NCBI GenBank assembly: GCA_964230945.1
Contig: CAXRJJ010000034.1
Location: forward strand, 1 to 60,629
Direction: 5' to 3'
From: Yoonia sp.
GTDB lineage: Archaea > Thermoplasmatota > Poseidoniia > Poseidoniales > Poseidoniaceae
DNA length: 60,629 bases
The notes below the pieces were generated by a model. The model was not told where the DNA came from. It saw nothing but the letters and a program-made list of their open reading frames with translations, and did no database searches. Position numbers and translations under genes: made by a program. This document shows, piece after piece, positions 1 through 8,926 of the stretch (position 1 is the first letter of the stretch; each line of letters starts with the position of its first letter).

Positions 1-145
1 ACTATCGATGAGACGAGCATCCCCGTTGGAGCAAGTCCAAACAGACCTGTCGAGGTTGCACGCGTAGGGTCGGGTAGGACGCATAGTTGAATGCGGTCAG
101 CCAAATTGGTGAACAGAAAGGGGCTTATTCCCTGCTCCCTCCACA

Positions 146-3004
146 CTATTTGCCCAATAGTCCAGCATCGATGACTTTACTCTCGAGAATTGGGACCTCG
201 CCATGGTCCCGCCAAGCATGTCCACCTTTGATGCGGCGTTTGCTGCTTTGCCATGCGGCGATGATTGCAGGCATCAGGAAAACCGAGGTAAGGAATGCGA
301 AAAGAATCAACAGCATCATCATGATGAAGAAATTCTCTAGTCCAGGGAAAGATACGAAGAATCCTGCCGCCATACCACCTACTGTCGTAACTGTAGTCTC
401 AAAGACGGTCTGTCCAGTATGTTCTATAGAATTCTGTATGCCCTTGGGAGTTTCACCTTCCTCCTGTAAACGATGCATTACGTGGATGCTGTCGTCTACT
501 CCTATTCCGAAAACAATAGTTCCAATCATAGCGGTGAAAATATTGACATTTACATCTCCAGATTGCATTAGCAATGGCTGCCAGAGGATAACTACGGCTA
601 CTGGAATCATTGTGATAATTCCTAGTCGGACGGAACGGAATACCAACATCATGACCAAAGTCAGAATTATCATCGTCCAGATAGTAGTGCTTGATTGGGT
701 GTCATGAATTCCTTTGTTGATGTCTAGGGATACTGGCAATCCCCCGGTCAACTTACTGGTATGTGTGCCATTCAGAGTATTGTCTTCTAGCAGAATATCG
801 TCTATCTGATCCCTTAGTCCACCTGCATATACTAGATTGAGGTAAGGTTGAACACAATACACCAGACCTTTGCCCTCGTTTGAGTTCAATAGCATGGAAC
901 GGACTTCATTGGATAATGAATCGAAGATGATGTCAACCATGTCCGCTCTCCATCCAGCGCGCCCTTCTGGGTCTAGGTCCATCGCATAGAATAGGGTGCA
1001 ACGTGGATTTGCATCGCTTAATTCCGAAGTCCAACATTCATCATGCAAGAATCCCCACATTGTATCATTGTACAAAGAAATCTGCGTATTCTCCTCTTCG
1101 ATAACTACGGGAATTGAACGCAGGAAGGTGATTAGGCTAGTAGTAGTAGTATTTGCGACTTCATTGCCTATTCTATTTTCCAACCTATCCATCTCATCCA
1201 GTACAGGCATGTCACGAATGTTGGTGGTCCCATTGCTATTTGCCCTAGAGGTAGCATCAAAGATGAACATGCTCGTTTGTCCGCCCCCAAATTGCTCAGA
1301 ATATGTTGCAAGTGTGTCGAGTGAAGTTATTCCTTCTGGAGCCTCGCTTGAACCAGTTATCGGCTTGTCCAGTTGATCTAGATTGATGATTCCGTAAGCT
1401 GTTATTGCACCAGTAAGCATGATGATTACGAGAAAGTGATTGACAGGCAAGCGCCCTATTTTCCCCCATCTGGATGAATTTTCACGTTTGTGATACTTCA
1501 ACAACCAGGCAAGTGTTGGTACGAGAATAATCGAGAAAATCAAAGTGCACATGATTCCGATGACTAGGGTCATGCCAACAGTTCTAATTGGAATTACAGG
1601 AACAATGGCAGGCATAATCATGACTGAGAATCCAACTATTGTGGTCATGGCAGAGATGAATACAGCAACTCCAGTGGTGCGCGACATATCCAGAATTGAG
1701 TTGCGGTAGAGTTCAGGATCCCAGATGTCTGGAACTTCTTCCTGTGGCAGTCCCTCCCGCCTTCGCTGATGATTCCGTTCAGCGATTTGATCCAGCCGCT
1801 TCGCTCTGCTCTCCTCGATACGATTCAGCATGTGTAATGCATAGTCCACTCCCAGGCCAATCAATATCGGACCACAAGCAACAATCATTGGAGTCAGTGT
1901 TATGTCCATCAATACCGTTGTTCCAAAGGTCACGGCAAGAGCCATGATAATCGGTAATCCGGTAATTGCTACAACCTTGAAGCTACGATGTAGAGCAGTA
2001 ATTATCAGAACAACGATGACCAAAGAAATGGGCAACATCGCCTGTAAATCTTGATAGATCTCATCTGATATATCCTGCAACACCTTGGTCAAACCAGTCT
2101 GCTGGAACATGGTTCCACTTGGTTCAGCAAACATCCATTCTGGCCGATTATCTGGTGCAATGATAGCATCAATGTGCACGAAGAACTCCTCAAAGTTATC
2201 CCATTCTCCGGTTATGCTCATATTGTGATGTAGTCCGATGACAATCACTGTTGTGTCCCAAATACCATCTGAATTAGTATCTCTAGACAGTTCGGAAAGT
2301 GAACCATTGAGTCGGGAGACGATTTCATCAACTCTGTCTTGGTCATCAGGAATAGAATATGCTCCACCTGTATTTGACTGATCAACAATTCCTTCACATC
2401 CGATGTTCAATGAGATGCGGTCTTGTACCACTTGCTCACAAAGCGCTGTATTGAAGCGTGCATCTGTACTGTTGACTTCCTTGATGACCTGTGCGGGAGA
2501 AATAACCCAAAGGACACCGTCGTTGACTCCGCGGTCTCCCTTGTCCCAGTCGAGGCCTCTGGATAGAGTGCCATTCTCGACATTGTTGTCATCTCCTTCA
2601 ATCCACGAGATTTCCTTTAGAACTCGTATATCGGTGACGTTGTATCCTTGTGCTGAACCTAGACGCGCATTGCTGGTTTGGATGTATATCAGTCCGATAT
2701 CCGTAGACCATTCTTCACGAACTTCCATCAACAGGTCAGTTGAATCAGCACCTTCTGGGAGGAATACCTCCACGTCGTCTTCAATTTGATCTTGAAATGT
2801 GCTGCCCATATTGGCGAACCAAGCAGTCAGCAGCAACATCAGGATCAGAGTAATCTTTGGTGCTTCAAGCAATGCCGAGTATGTCCTGTCAAGGCCATCC
2901 TCAAAGGTCTCAGATATGATCTTGAGTCTAGCTTTTCCGCGTTCTTTGATGTCCGCAAGAGTCGATTTGAGCCCACCCTCGGCACCTGCAGCAGGAGCGC
3001 TCAT
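146..3004 (-). CDS. RND-superfamily / MMPL-type membrane exporter (COG1033-like), paralog 1
   Basis: 952-aa ORF. Two multi-TM bundles, each preceded by a large hydrophilic loop. Both bundles carry the MMPL/SSD-type motif G-x-G-V-D-[YD]-x-x-H (GLGVDYALHMLNRIEE and GIGVDDSIHVMHRLQEE). Confidence 0.8.
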   Translation of the reverse strand: MSAPAAGAEGGLKSTLADIKERGKARLKIISETFEDGLDRTYSALLEAPKITLILMLLLTAWFANMGSTFQDQIEDDVEVFLPEGADSTDLLMEVREEWSTDIGLIYIQTSNARLGSAQGYNVTDIRVLKEISWIEGDDNNVENGTLSRGLDWDKGDRGVNDGVLWVISPAQVIKEVNSTDARFNTALCEQVVQDRISLNIGCEGIVDQSNTGGAYSIPDDQDRVDEIVSRLNGSLSELSRDTNSDGIWDTTVIVIGLHHNMSITGEWDNFEEFFVHIDAIIAPDNRPEWMFAEPSGTMFQQTGLTKVLQDISDEIYQDLQAMLPISLVIVVLIITALHRSFKVVAITGLPIIMALAVTFGTTVLMDITLTPMIVACGPILIGLGVDYALHMLNRIEESRAKRLDQIAERNHQRRREGLPQEEVPDIWDPELYRNSILDMSRTTGVAVFISAMTTIVGFSVMIMPAIVPVIPIRTVGMTLVIGIMCTLIFSIILVPTLAWLLKYHKRENSSRWGKIGRLPVNHFLVIIMLTGAITAYGIINLDQLDKPITGSSEAPEGITSLDTLATYSEQFGGGQTSMFIFDATSRANSNGTTNIRDMPVLDEMDRLENRIGNEVANTTTTSLITFLRSIPVVIEEENTQISLYNDTMWGFLHDECWTSELSDANPRCTLFYAMDLDPEGRAGWRADMVDIIFDSLSNEVRSMLLNSNEGKGLVYCVQPYLNLVYAGGLRDQIDDILLEDNTLNGTHTSKLTGGLPVSLDINKGIHDTQSSTTIWTMIILTLVMMLVFRSVRLGIITMIPVAVVILWQPLLMQSGDVNVNIFTAMIGTIVFGIGVDDSIHVMHRLQEEGETPKGIQNSIEHTGQTVFETTVTTVGGMAAGFFVSFPGLENFFIMMMLLILFAFLTSVFLMPAIIAAWQSSKRRIKGGHAWRDHGEVPILESKVIDAGLLGK

Positions 3005-3091
3005 GCAAGTTCGTGCCCCGAAGCGCTCATCAAGCCTGTCCCTGAAGAAGGTGCAATTCGTCCAATATCCGCACGCTGTTCAGATACGGAT

Positions 3092-4027
3092 TCAATCCAT
3101 ACCGAACTCGCGCACTATCAGTAATCGCATGAATGATCTTGCACTCTGTAATACTACGCCCGTGGCCAGTAAGGCTAATCCCAATACTCCTACCCATACG
3201 GCCGATAAACCAGGTCCCACAGAGAATTGTGTGTATTCACTTACTTGGTTTACTGCACGCATTCCCATAGCGGCACCTGCAAGTAACAGTGTGATGCCTG
3301 GGAGCCCTAGAACCAACAAGGGTTTCTTTTGCGATAGGGTGACCAATGCATAGGCCAATACTACGAATCCATGAGATAATGGGGTGAACGACGATCCCTT
3401 GGGGACATCATATCGTATCACTGTGGGAATTTCGGTGACTACCAATTCCTTTTCATGAGCGTCCTCAAGCAATTCTAGGGATAACTCCATTCCTTCGCTA
3501 TCGAAGCGTAGCCTTTCAAGGGCTAATCTTGAGAATGCCCTGAATCCACTTTGAGTATCGCTGATGCCGAGATCGCTGGAAAGGTTTGATGCTGCTGTAA
3601 TTACTTTGATTCCCATACGGCGGTATGCAGGCATTGCCTTGCCATCTCCTCCTTCCACGAATCGTGAGCCGATGACGATATCCGCCTTGCCATCCTTTAT
3701 TGGTTGGATGATTCGAGGGATATCCTCTGGATCGTGTTGGCCATCTGCATCCAAGACTACCAATATGTCTACATCTTCCTCGATTGCGCGGTGGAAGATT
3801 GACTTCAAAGCTCCACCATATCCTCTGTTGAATCGGTGGCGGATGACATCTGCGCCCATTTTCGAGGCAATACTCGCACAACTATCAGACGAACCATCAT
3901 CGACACAAATTACCTTGGAAACGTAGTCTTGAGTTCGCATAAGGATGGTGCCTATGGTCTCCTCTTCGTTGTACATCGGGAGGCCCGCGATAACGGTCAG
4001 AGGACCGTCTTTTGACTGCTCCATCAT
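3092..4027 (-). CDS. Family-2 glycosyltransferase, polyprenyl/dolichyl-phosphate hexose synthase-like (DPM1/GtrB/AglD-like)
   Basis: 311 aa. GT-A motifs PMYNEEETIG, VDDGSSD and DADGQHDP, followed by two C-terminal TM helices. Lies 88 bp upstream of the exporter on the same strand. Confidence 0.85.
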   Translation of the reverse strand: MMEQSKDGPLTVIAGLPMYNEEETIGTILMRTQDYVSKVICVDDGSSDSCASIASKMGADVIRHRFNRGYGGALKSIFHRAIEEDVDILVVLDADGQHDPEDIPRIIQPIKDGKADIVIGSRFVEGGDGKAMPAYRRMGIKVITAASNLSSDLGISDTQSGFRAFSRLALERLRFDSEGMELSLELLEDAHEKELVVTEIPTVIRYDVPKGSSFTPLSHGFVVLAYALVTLSQKKPLLVLGLPGITLLLAGAAMGMRAVNQVSEYTQFSVGPGLSAVWVGVLGLALLATGVVLQSARSFMRLLIVREFGMD

Positions 4028-4112
4028 TATATTCCGGAACCGGCCCGTGTTTAATTCTTATTCAACCATAACAGAATATTGATTGAATCCGGACGTTGTA
4101 CTGCAAAGCAAT

Positions 4113-4391
4113 TCACTCAGGTAATAGGTGGCTGACGGTGGTAACTGCGCGCTCACCATCGATAACTCGGCGAACTGCGGCCATGCTGATTACCAGTGGC
4201 ACGTAGGTCTGTCCATCGCTGGTTGTGTATGCATTACAATCGCTGAAAGCACTGGTGTTGACCGAGATCTTCAGCGCCCCACCTGCATTGCTCTTTCGTA
4301 CATATCCGACCAACAATGACGCATTCTTGTCATCATCCTGGTTCTGGTCATTCTCTTCTTTCTGCTCATTCTTCATTGTCTTCTTTGTCAT
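4113..4391 (-). CDS. Hypothetical small protein with acidic/low-complexity N-terminus
   Basis: 92-aa ORF with no overlapping competitor of similar quality. No family recognised. The N-terminal 25 aa are K/E/D/N/Q-rich. Confidence 0.4.
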   Translation of the reverse strand: MTKKTMKNEQKEENDQNQDDDKNASLLVGYVRKSNAGGALKISVNTSAFSDCNAYTTSDGQTYVPLVISMAAVRRVIDGERAVTTVSHLLPE

Positions 4392-4582
4392 TTTTTCACA
4401 TTCCTGGTGCTGATAATCACCTGCGGCGCACCTATTCGCAGGTAATGACGCTCAAACCGGGGTTTTCTGCTGCGTCGAGTCAATCGCTTGAAATTCAAGC
4501 CATATCAAGGTCTTGTGATTTCACTGTCAAGGTATTTGTATGGCGTAGTTTGGGGATCTAAAGCCGCTGACTGGTTTGCACA

Positions 4583-5572
4583 ATGCTCAAACCAACATCC
4601 TTGGTCGCCGGTGCGAACGCAATGTTGCATCTAGTCACTGGTGGTGCCGGATTCATCGGATCTCATTTGGTCGACCAATTGGTCGAAAGAGGAGATAGGG
4701 TCAGGGTTTTCGACAATTTTTCTAGTGGACGTGAAGAATTCCTTTCGGGGCACGACGATGGTGGTGCAGTAGAGTTGTTCAAGGGCGATTTGCTCGATTT
4801 AGAGTCGGTAATAGAGGCTGTCCAAGGAGTGGATATGGTCTGGCACCTTGCCGCTAACCCAGATATCCGTCTTGGAACAAGAGTAACCGATACAGATCTT
4901 AAACAGGGAACTATCGCAACCTACAATGTCGTTGAAGCAATGCGTCTAGCAGGAGTTCAAGATATTGCATTCTCATCATCTTCAGTGGTATATGGTGAGG
5001 CGGAAGTTATGCCAACTCCCGAAGACTTCGGTCCACTTTTCCCAATCTCCCTTTATGGTGCAAGCAAATTGGCTGGTGAGGCATTGTTGACATCATGGTG
5101 TGGTACCTTTGGCTTAAGGTGCTGGATTTTCCGCTTTGCCAACATTGTTGGGGCTAGGGGTACTCATGGAGTAATCTTTGATTTCATCCACAAGCTCAAG
5201 GCTGACCCTACTCGCTTGGAAGTTCTAGGAAATGGTTTGCAAGAGAAGTCATACATGGAGGTAGGGGATACTGCTCGAGCAATGATTCATGTTGTCGAAA
5301 ACTCAAGTGAGCAGATAAATTGCTTCAATCTTGGCTCGGGAGATACTTGTTCAGTTAGGAGAATCGCTGAGATTGTGGTCGAAGAGAGCGGTTTTGGCGA
5401 TGTCAGTATCGAGTATACCGGAGGAGATCGTGGATGGGCAGGAGATGTGCCAAAAGCAATGCTCGCCGTAGAACGACTCATAGGGCTTGGATTCACCCCC
5501 GAATACAATAGCGAGGATGCCATCAGACACACTGCACGCTGCCTGATAGAGGAAATAGGATTGCATGAATAG
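4583..5572 (+). CDS. NAD-dependent nucleotide-sugar epimerase/dehydratase (SDR family)
   Basis: Rossmann motif VTGGAGFIGSHL and catalytic YxxxK (YGASKLAGE). The real start may be the in-frame ATG at 4622 (MLHLVTGGAGF). Confidence 0.9.
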   Translation: MLKPTSLVAGANAMLHLVTGGAGFIGSHLVDQLVERGDRVRVFDNFSSGREEFLSGHDDGGAVELFKGDLLDLESVIEAVQGVDMVWHLAANPDIRLGTRVTDTDLKQGTIATYNVVEAMRLAGVQDIAFSSSSVVYGEAEVMPTPEDFGPLFPISLYGASKLAGEALLTSWCGTFGLRCWIFRFANIVGARGTHGVIFDFIHKLKADPTRLEVLGNGLQEKSYMEVGDTARAMIHVVENSSEQINCFNLGSGDTCSVRRIAEIVVEESGFGDVSIEYTGGDRGWAGDVPKAMLAVERLIGLGFTPEYNSEDAIRHTARCLIEEIGLHE

Positions 5573-5589
5573 GATGTGATGAATTGAAG

Positions 5590-6282
5590 ATGAATGAATT
5601 AGCAAGACACAGCAGGGCTGCCAGCGATACTAGAATGGGTAGTTTGCTGTTCATTATGGGAGTATTTCTGATCGCAGTCATGATTGTTTTCTCTACTACA
5701 GATGCTGTCCCTATGGGGGTAGATGAAGGAGAGATGCCTCCAAATGTTGAGGGTAAGGCGCACCAATTTGGTGCAGGTAATGTCTGGTATGATTTTGATT
5801 TGTACGAACTGACTGCATCGAACTGGACCGAAGGAGACCTCAATCATTCTTGGTTTGTAGTCGAGTTCATTTCCACTGACTGTTCAGTATGTATGGGTCA
5901 TGGCGATGTTATGGAGGACCTGTCTACCGCATGGAAAGGAAGGGTTCAATTCATTGCTGTAGCGGTTGATTTCAAGAATAATGAGGCATTTACCTCAACA
6001 CCTGAGGAGATAATTGCTTTCCAAGAGAAGACCGACTTTGTTGGTTGTAATCATGGAACTTCAAACTGTAACTCTCGAGACGGCGGTCCGCATGAAGAGA
6101 TAATTTACGTCGATGATCGAGATGCTTCGTCTATGGAAGATTGGGGTATCAGTGGAACACCTACTAGCTTTATCCTCAAACCAAATGGTATTGTTGCTTG
6201 GAACCAGAGAAACAACGCTGGACAGGATTTAGGTGAGGCAATGTTTGAATTGATTCCATCTGATGGGCTTGGTGGTGCTTGA
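5590..6282 (+). CDS. Membrane-anchored TlpA/ResA-like thioredoxin-fold thiol-disulfide oxidoreductase
   Basis: N-terminal TM anchor (LLFIMGVFLIAVMIVF), CxxC active site (STDCSVCMGH) and a cis-Pro region (GISGTPTSFIL). ATG at 5590; the ORF track starts at an upstream TTG (5584). Confidence 0.75.
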   Translation: MNELARHSRAASDTRMGSLLFIMGVFLIAVMIVFSTTDAVPMGVDEGEMPPNVEGKAHQFGAGNVWYDFDLYELTASNWTEGDLNHSWFVVEFISTDCSVCMGHGDVMEDLSTAWKGRVQFIAVAVDFKNNEAFTSTPEEIIAFQEKTDFVGCNHGTSNCNSRDGGPHEEIIYVDDRDASSMEDWGISGTPTSFILKPNGIVAWNQRNNAGQDLGEAMFELIPSDGLGGA

Positions 6283-6992
6283 TGTTTGATAGCAACGTCT
6301 GGTTAGCAATTCACGCCTCAATTATCATCATTGGAGTATACATCGCCTCACCTTTCTCGGCTGCTCATCACAAGGAAGGAAGTTGGAGAGCACTGTTCGC
6401 CTCACGAAGGCAGAGGCTATTGACAGGTCTTTCTGTTGTAATCCTGGGTGGTTTCACCGTTAGTACGCATACCTGGTGGTTCCACAACAAGTATCACGAG
6501 ATGGGAGGAGATATCGGTTGTTCTGCTTTTGGAGCATTCAGTTGTGGAGACGTTCTTGCTAATTCTGACTTCAATACGGTTCCAGTATTAGGTATTCCAT
6601 GGGGAATGGTTGGAATGTTGGCATTCGCAATGCTCGGATTTCTTGCCATCAGTGTAAGAAGAGAGCATAATGCATCTTGGGCCCATACATACCTGAATGT
6701 TGGCTATGTCGCTTCTGGTTTTGGAATCCTGATTGCACTATACCTCCTGTATGTGGAGATCGTACCTCTAAAGATGACATTCTGCCAGTATTGTAGTCTT
6801 GCACATATCGCAGACGTCATCGCTTTTGTCATGTTCCTGAAGTTGAAGAATATGTATGGAACTGAGGAATGGGACCCTGAGGCTGCTGCAGCATCACACG
6901 CTGCAAAACAGCGAGAGAAAAGGCGTGAAGAACGTAAGAAGGGCGGAGGATTCGTTAAACCTACGAGCCGTGCTGGAGATGAAGAGGAATGA
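6282..6992 (+). CDS. Vitamin K epoxide reductase (VKOR) family membrane protein
   Basis: Polytopic membrane protein. It has the VKOR loop cysteine pair (GCSAFGAFSCGDVLANS...GIPWGMVG) and the TM CxxC (FCQYCSLAH). Its ATG overlaps the upstream TGA (TGATG). Confidence 0.75.
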   Translation: MFDSNVWLAIHASIIIIGVYIASPFSAAHHKEGSWRALFASRRQRLLTGLSVVILGGFTVSTHTWWFHNKYHEMGGDIGCSAFGAFSCGDVLANSDFNTVPVLGIPWGMVGMLAFAMLGFLAISVRREHNASWAHTYLNVGYVASGFGILIALYLLYVEIVPLKMTFCQYCSLAHIADVIAFVMFLKLKNMYGTEEWDPEAAAASHAAKQREKRREERKKGGGFVKPTSRAGDEEE

Positions 6993-7555
6993 GCCAAAAG
7001 GGATTGGCTGGAATTCTATTGTTGACCGGTGCTTTGCTGGTTGGAGCACTTGTAGTTGATTCCGTCAATTCAGAGGACAAGAAGGACTCACCACAGAATT
7101 CCGGAGATGATTCGCAGAATTCCACCAGTAACAACTCTGGAAATTATTCAGGAGTTGATCATGAATTGGCAAGAGAATGCCTTGAATCACACTCAAATTT
7201 ATCGCAACATTTTCATCCATATCTCAGTCTATATGTTGATGGTCAACAAGTAGCGATCGAAGCCAATGCTGGAATCGGAACTGAAGTGTGTGACGGCATG
7301 CATGTCGTACATACGCATGATTCGAGCGGAAAGTTGCATGTTGAGACTCATGAACCAGCCGAAGTGGTTCTAGGTGTGTTTTTCCAAATATGGGACGTAT
7401 ATCTTGACGATGATGGCATCTTTGACAAGCGCGTCAATGAGACACATGAACTCGTGATGTCCGTAGATGGCGTAGTGGTTGATACCTACGAAGATCACAT
7501 ATTATCCGATGCGCAACAGATAGTCATCGAGTATCGCGAACGTGCTCAGGGCTGA
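6989..7555 (+). CDS. Secreted/anchored conserved protein with HxH...HTHD...H-x-E histidine motifs, function unknown
   Basis: 188 aa. N-terminal hydrophobic signal/anchor (LAGILLLTGALLVGALVV) and motifs HFHPYLSLYVDGQQV and MHVVHTHDSSGKLHVETHEP. ATGA overlap with the VKOR stop, with GGAG-rich sequence upstream. Confidence 0.55.
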   Translation: MSQKGLAGILLLTGALLVGALVVDSVNSEDKKDSPQNSGDDSQNSTSNNSGNYSGVDHELARECLESHSNLSQHFHPYLSLYVDGQQVAIEANAGIGTEVCDGMHVVHTHDSSGKLHVETHEPAEVVLGVFFQIWDVYLDDDGIFDKRVNETHELVMSVDGVVVDTYEDHILSDAQQIVIEYRERAQG

Positions 7556-7848
7556 TAGGTACTGGCAGTATCGAAATGACGTTCGATGACGTGAGTTTCT
7601 ACAGGCTCCATTCGGATGACTGTGACGTCGATCCTCTCAGAGTCTGAGTACTCCTCTCGCAGTTCAGCAAAGAGATTCGCCTGCACCGTTTGCAGGTTCT
7701 TCCCTTCAATCATGGATAGATGGTGGTAGGAGATGTTGTCAACATCAACCCTGTACTCAACTACCCACTCCTTTGAGGATTCCTCCTCTTGCGTGGTTCC
7801 GTGTTCCCAGTGGCCTTCCATCAGTTGTAACTTATCTTGGTGCATCAT
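7546..7848 (-). CDS. Hypothetical protein
   Basis: 100-aa ORF, convergent with the 6989..7555 gene and overlapping its end by 10 nt. No family recognised. Confidence 0.35.
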   Translation of the reverse strand: MMHQDKLQLMEGHWEHGTTQEEESSKEWVVEYRVDVDNISYHHLSMIEGKNLQTVQANLFAELREEYSDSERIDVTVIRMEPVETHVIERHFDTASTYQP

Positions 7849-7913
7849 AAAGGAAACGGTGTTCTTGCATCAGACAGGGGCTGAATGGTTTGAATAGGGA
7901 GTAGTTCGACGGC

Positions 7914-8825
7914 TTATGCTGGCCGGTCAAAATCTCGTTTTTTGTAAGGAAATACCAATGCGCATCCAGCAAGGAATGCAAGGCCGACCAACCACTGCCA
8001 CAGATTACTGCTTTCTTCGAGCACGAAATCTCTGTGCATAGTATCTACAATTCCAAGAGGAACCGGTGAATCGTTGTCTTCATGAATTGCGATGACGAAG
8101 ACATCTTCATCCATGCTCAAACCGTTAACTAACTCGATAATTGGGCCATTCTCAGTAGAGTTGAATCCGTTGACGGACCACCCCGCTCCACCCTCTATAG
8201 CCGCAGTATCATTACCACTAAGATTCAATGATATAGAATTTAGAAGGATGTTGTGGAATTCAGTCTGGCCATTACTCGCAACACCCTTGCGTAACTCTAC
8301 AGTTTGCTCTACAATCATAATTGTCAAACTCGTATTTTCAAGATATTCGAGATTTTCATTTAATTCAGCCTCGATATGAAAACCGTCAGTATTTGTGTAT
8401 GAATTGAGAGTTATGTCGCTCTTCTGTCCCATGCGTGCTTCTTCACGCATGATTTGTCGAGATAGTTCATTCATATCGATAACCCCCTCCCCATAGAATT
8501 CCCCATTGATCCAGAATGCTGGGGTTCTACTATGGTCCATCTCTAACTTCGCAGCTCGTAAGCGCATTGCTTCATTGAACAATGGGTCCTCTTCTGCTCC
8601 GGGCGGTGGGTGCAGAGTCAGGGTAATCAGGCGTTGATTGTGGACTTCTTGAAGCTCAACTATCTGGGGGTCTATTGTTGCACAAAATGAGCACCATGTT
8701 GCTGTCAATTCCTCTAGAATAATCACATCTCGATTACTCGACTTGTGTTCATGCCCCGCTCCTGCAATAGGGACTAGTAGAATCAGCATCAATAGGGCTG
8801 AAGAAGCAATTCTACGATGTGACAT
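7914..8825 (-). CDS. Extracytoplasmic thioredoxin-like CxxC protein with C-terminal TM anchor
   Basis: The internal ATG at 8825 gives MSHRRIASSALLMLILLVPIAG (signal-like). It has a WCSFC active site and a C-terminal TM plus basic tail (WLVGLAFLAGCALVFPYKKRD). The longer track ORF (to 9011) would overlap rlmE, so it was trimmed. Confidence 0.6.
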   Translation of the reverse strand: MSHRRIASSALLMLILLVPIAGAGHEHKSSNRDVIILEELTATWCSFCATIDPQIVELQEVHNQRLITLTLHPPPGAEEDPLFNEAMRLRAAKLEMDHSRTPAFWINGEFYGEGVIDMNELSRQIMREEARMGQKSDITLNSYTNTDGFHIEAELNENLEYLENTSLTIMIVEQTVELRKGVASNGQTEFHNILLNSISLNLSGNDTAAIEGGAGWSVNGFNSTENGPIIELVNGLSMDEDVFVIAIHEDNDSPVPLGIVDTMHRDFVLEESSNLWQWLVGLAFLAGCALVFPYKKRDFDRPA

Positions 8826-8926
8826 GTGCTCCCTGAATCGAATCCACTTGCCTTGTACTGATTGAATCTTCGCTGTATCGTTGCGACAGACATATCCCAA
8901 AGGGCTGGGCCCGTCGACTCGAGAAT

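Noticed and set aside
87-707. 206-aa plus-strand ORF, together with the other internal ORFs at 996..1376, 1696..1947 and 2403..3353
   Set aside because: All lie antisense to, or overlap, the 952-aa MMPL/RND exporter gene, which has clear family motifs. Their composition looks like shadow ORFs.
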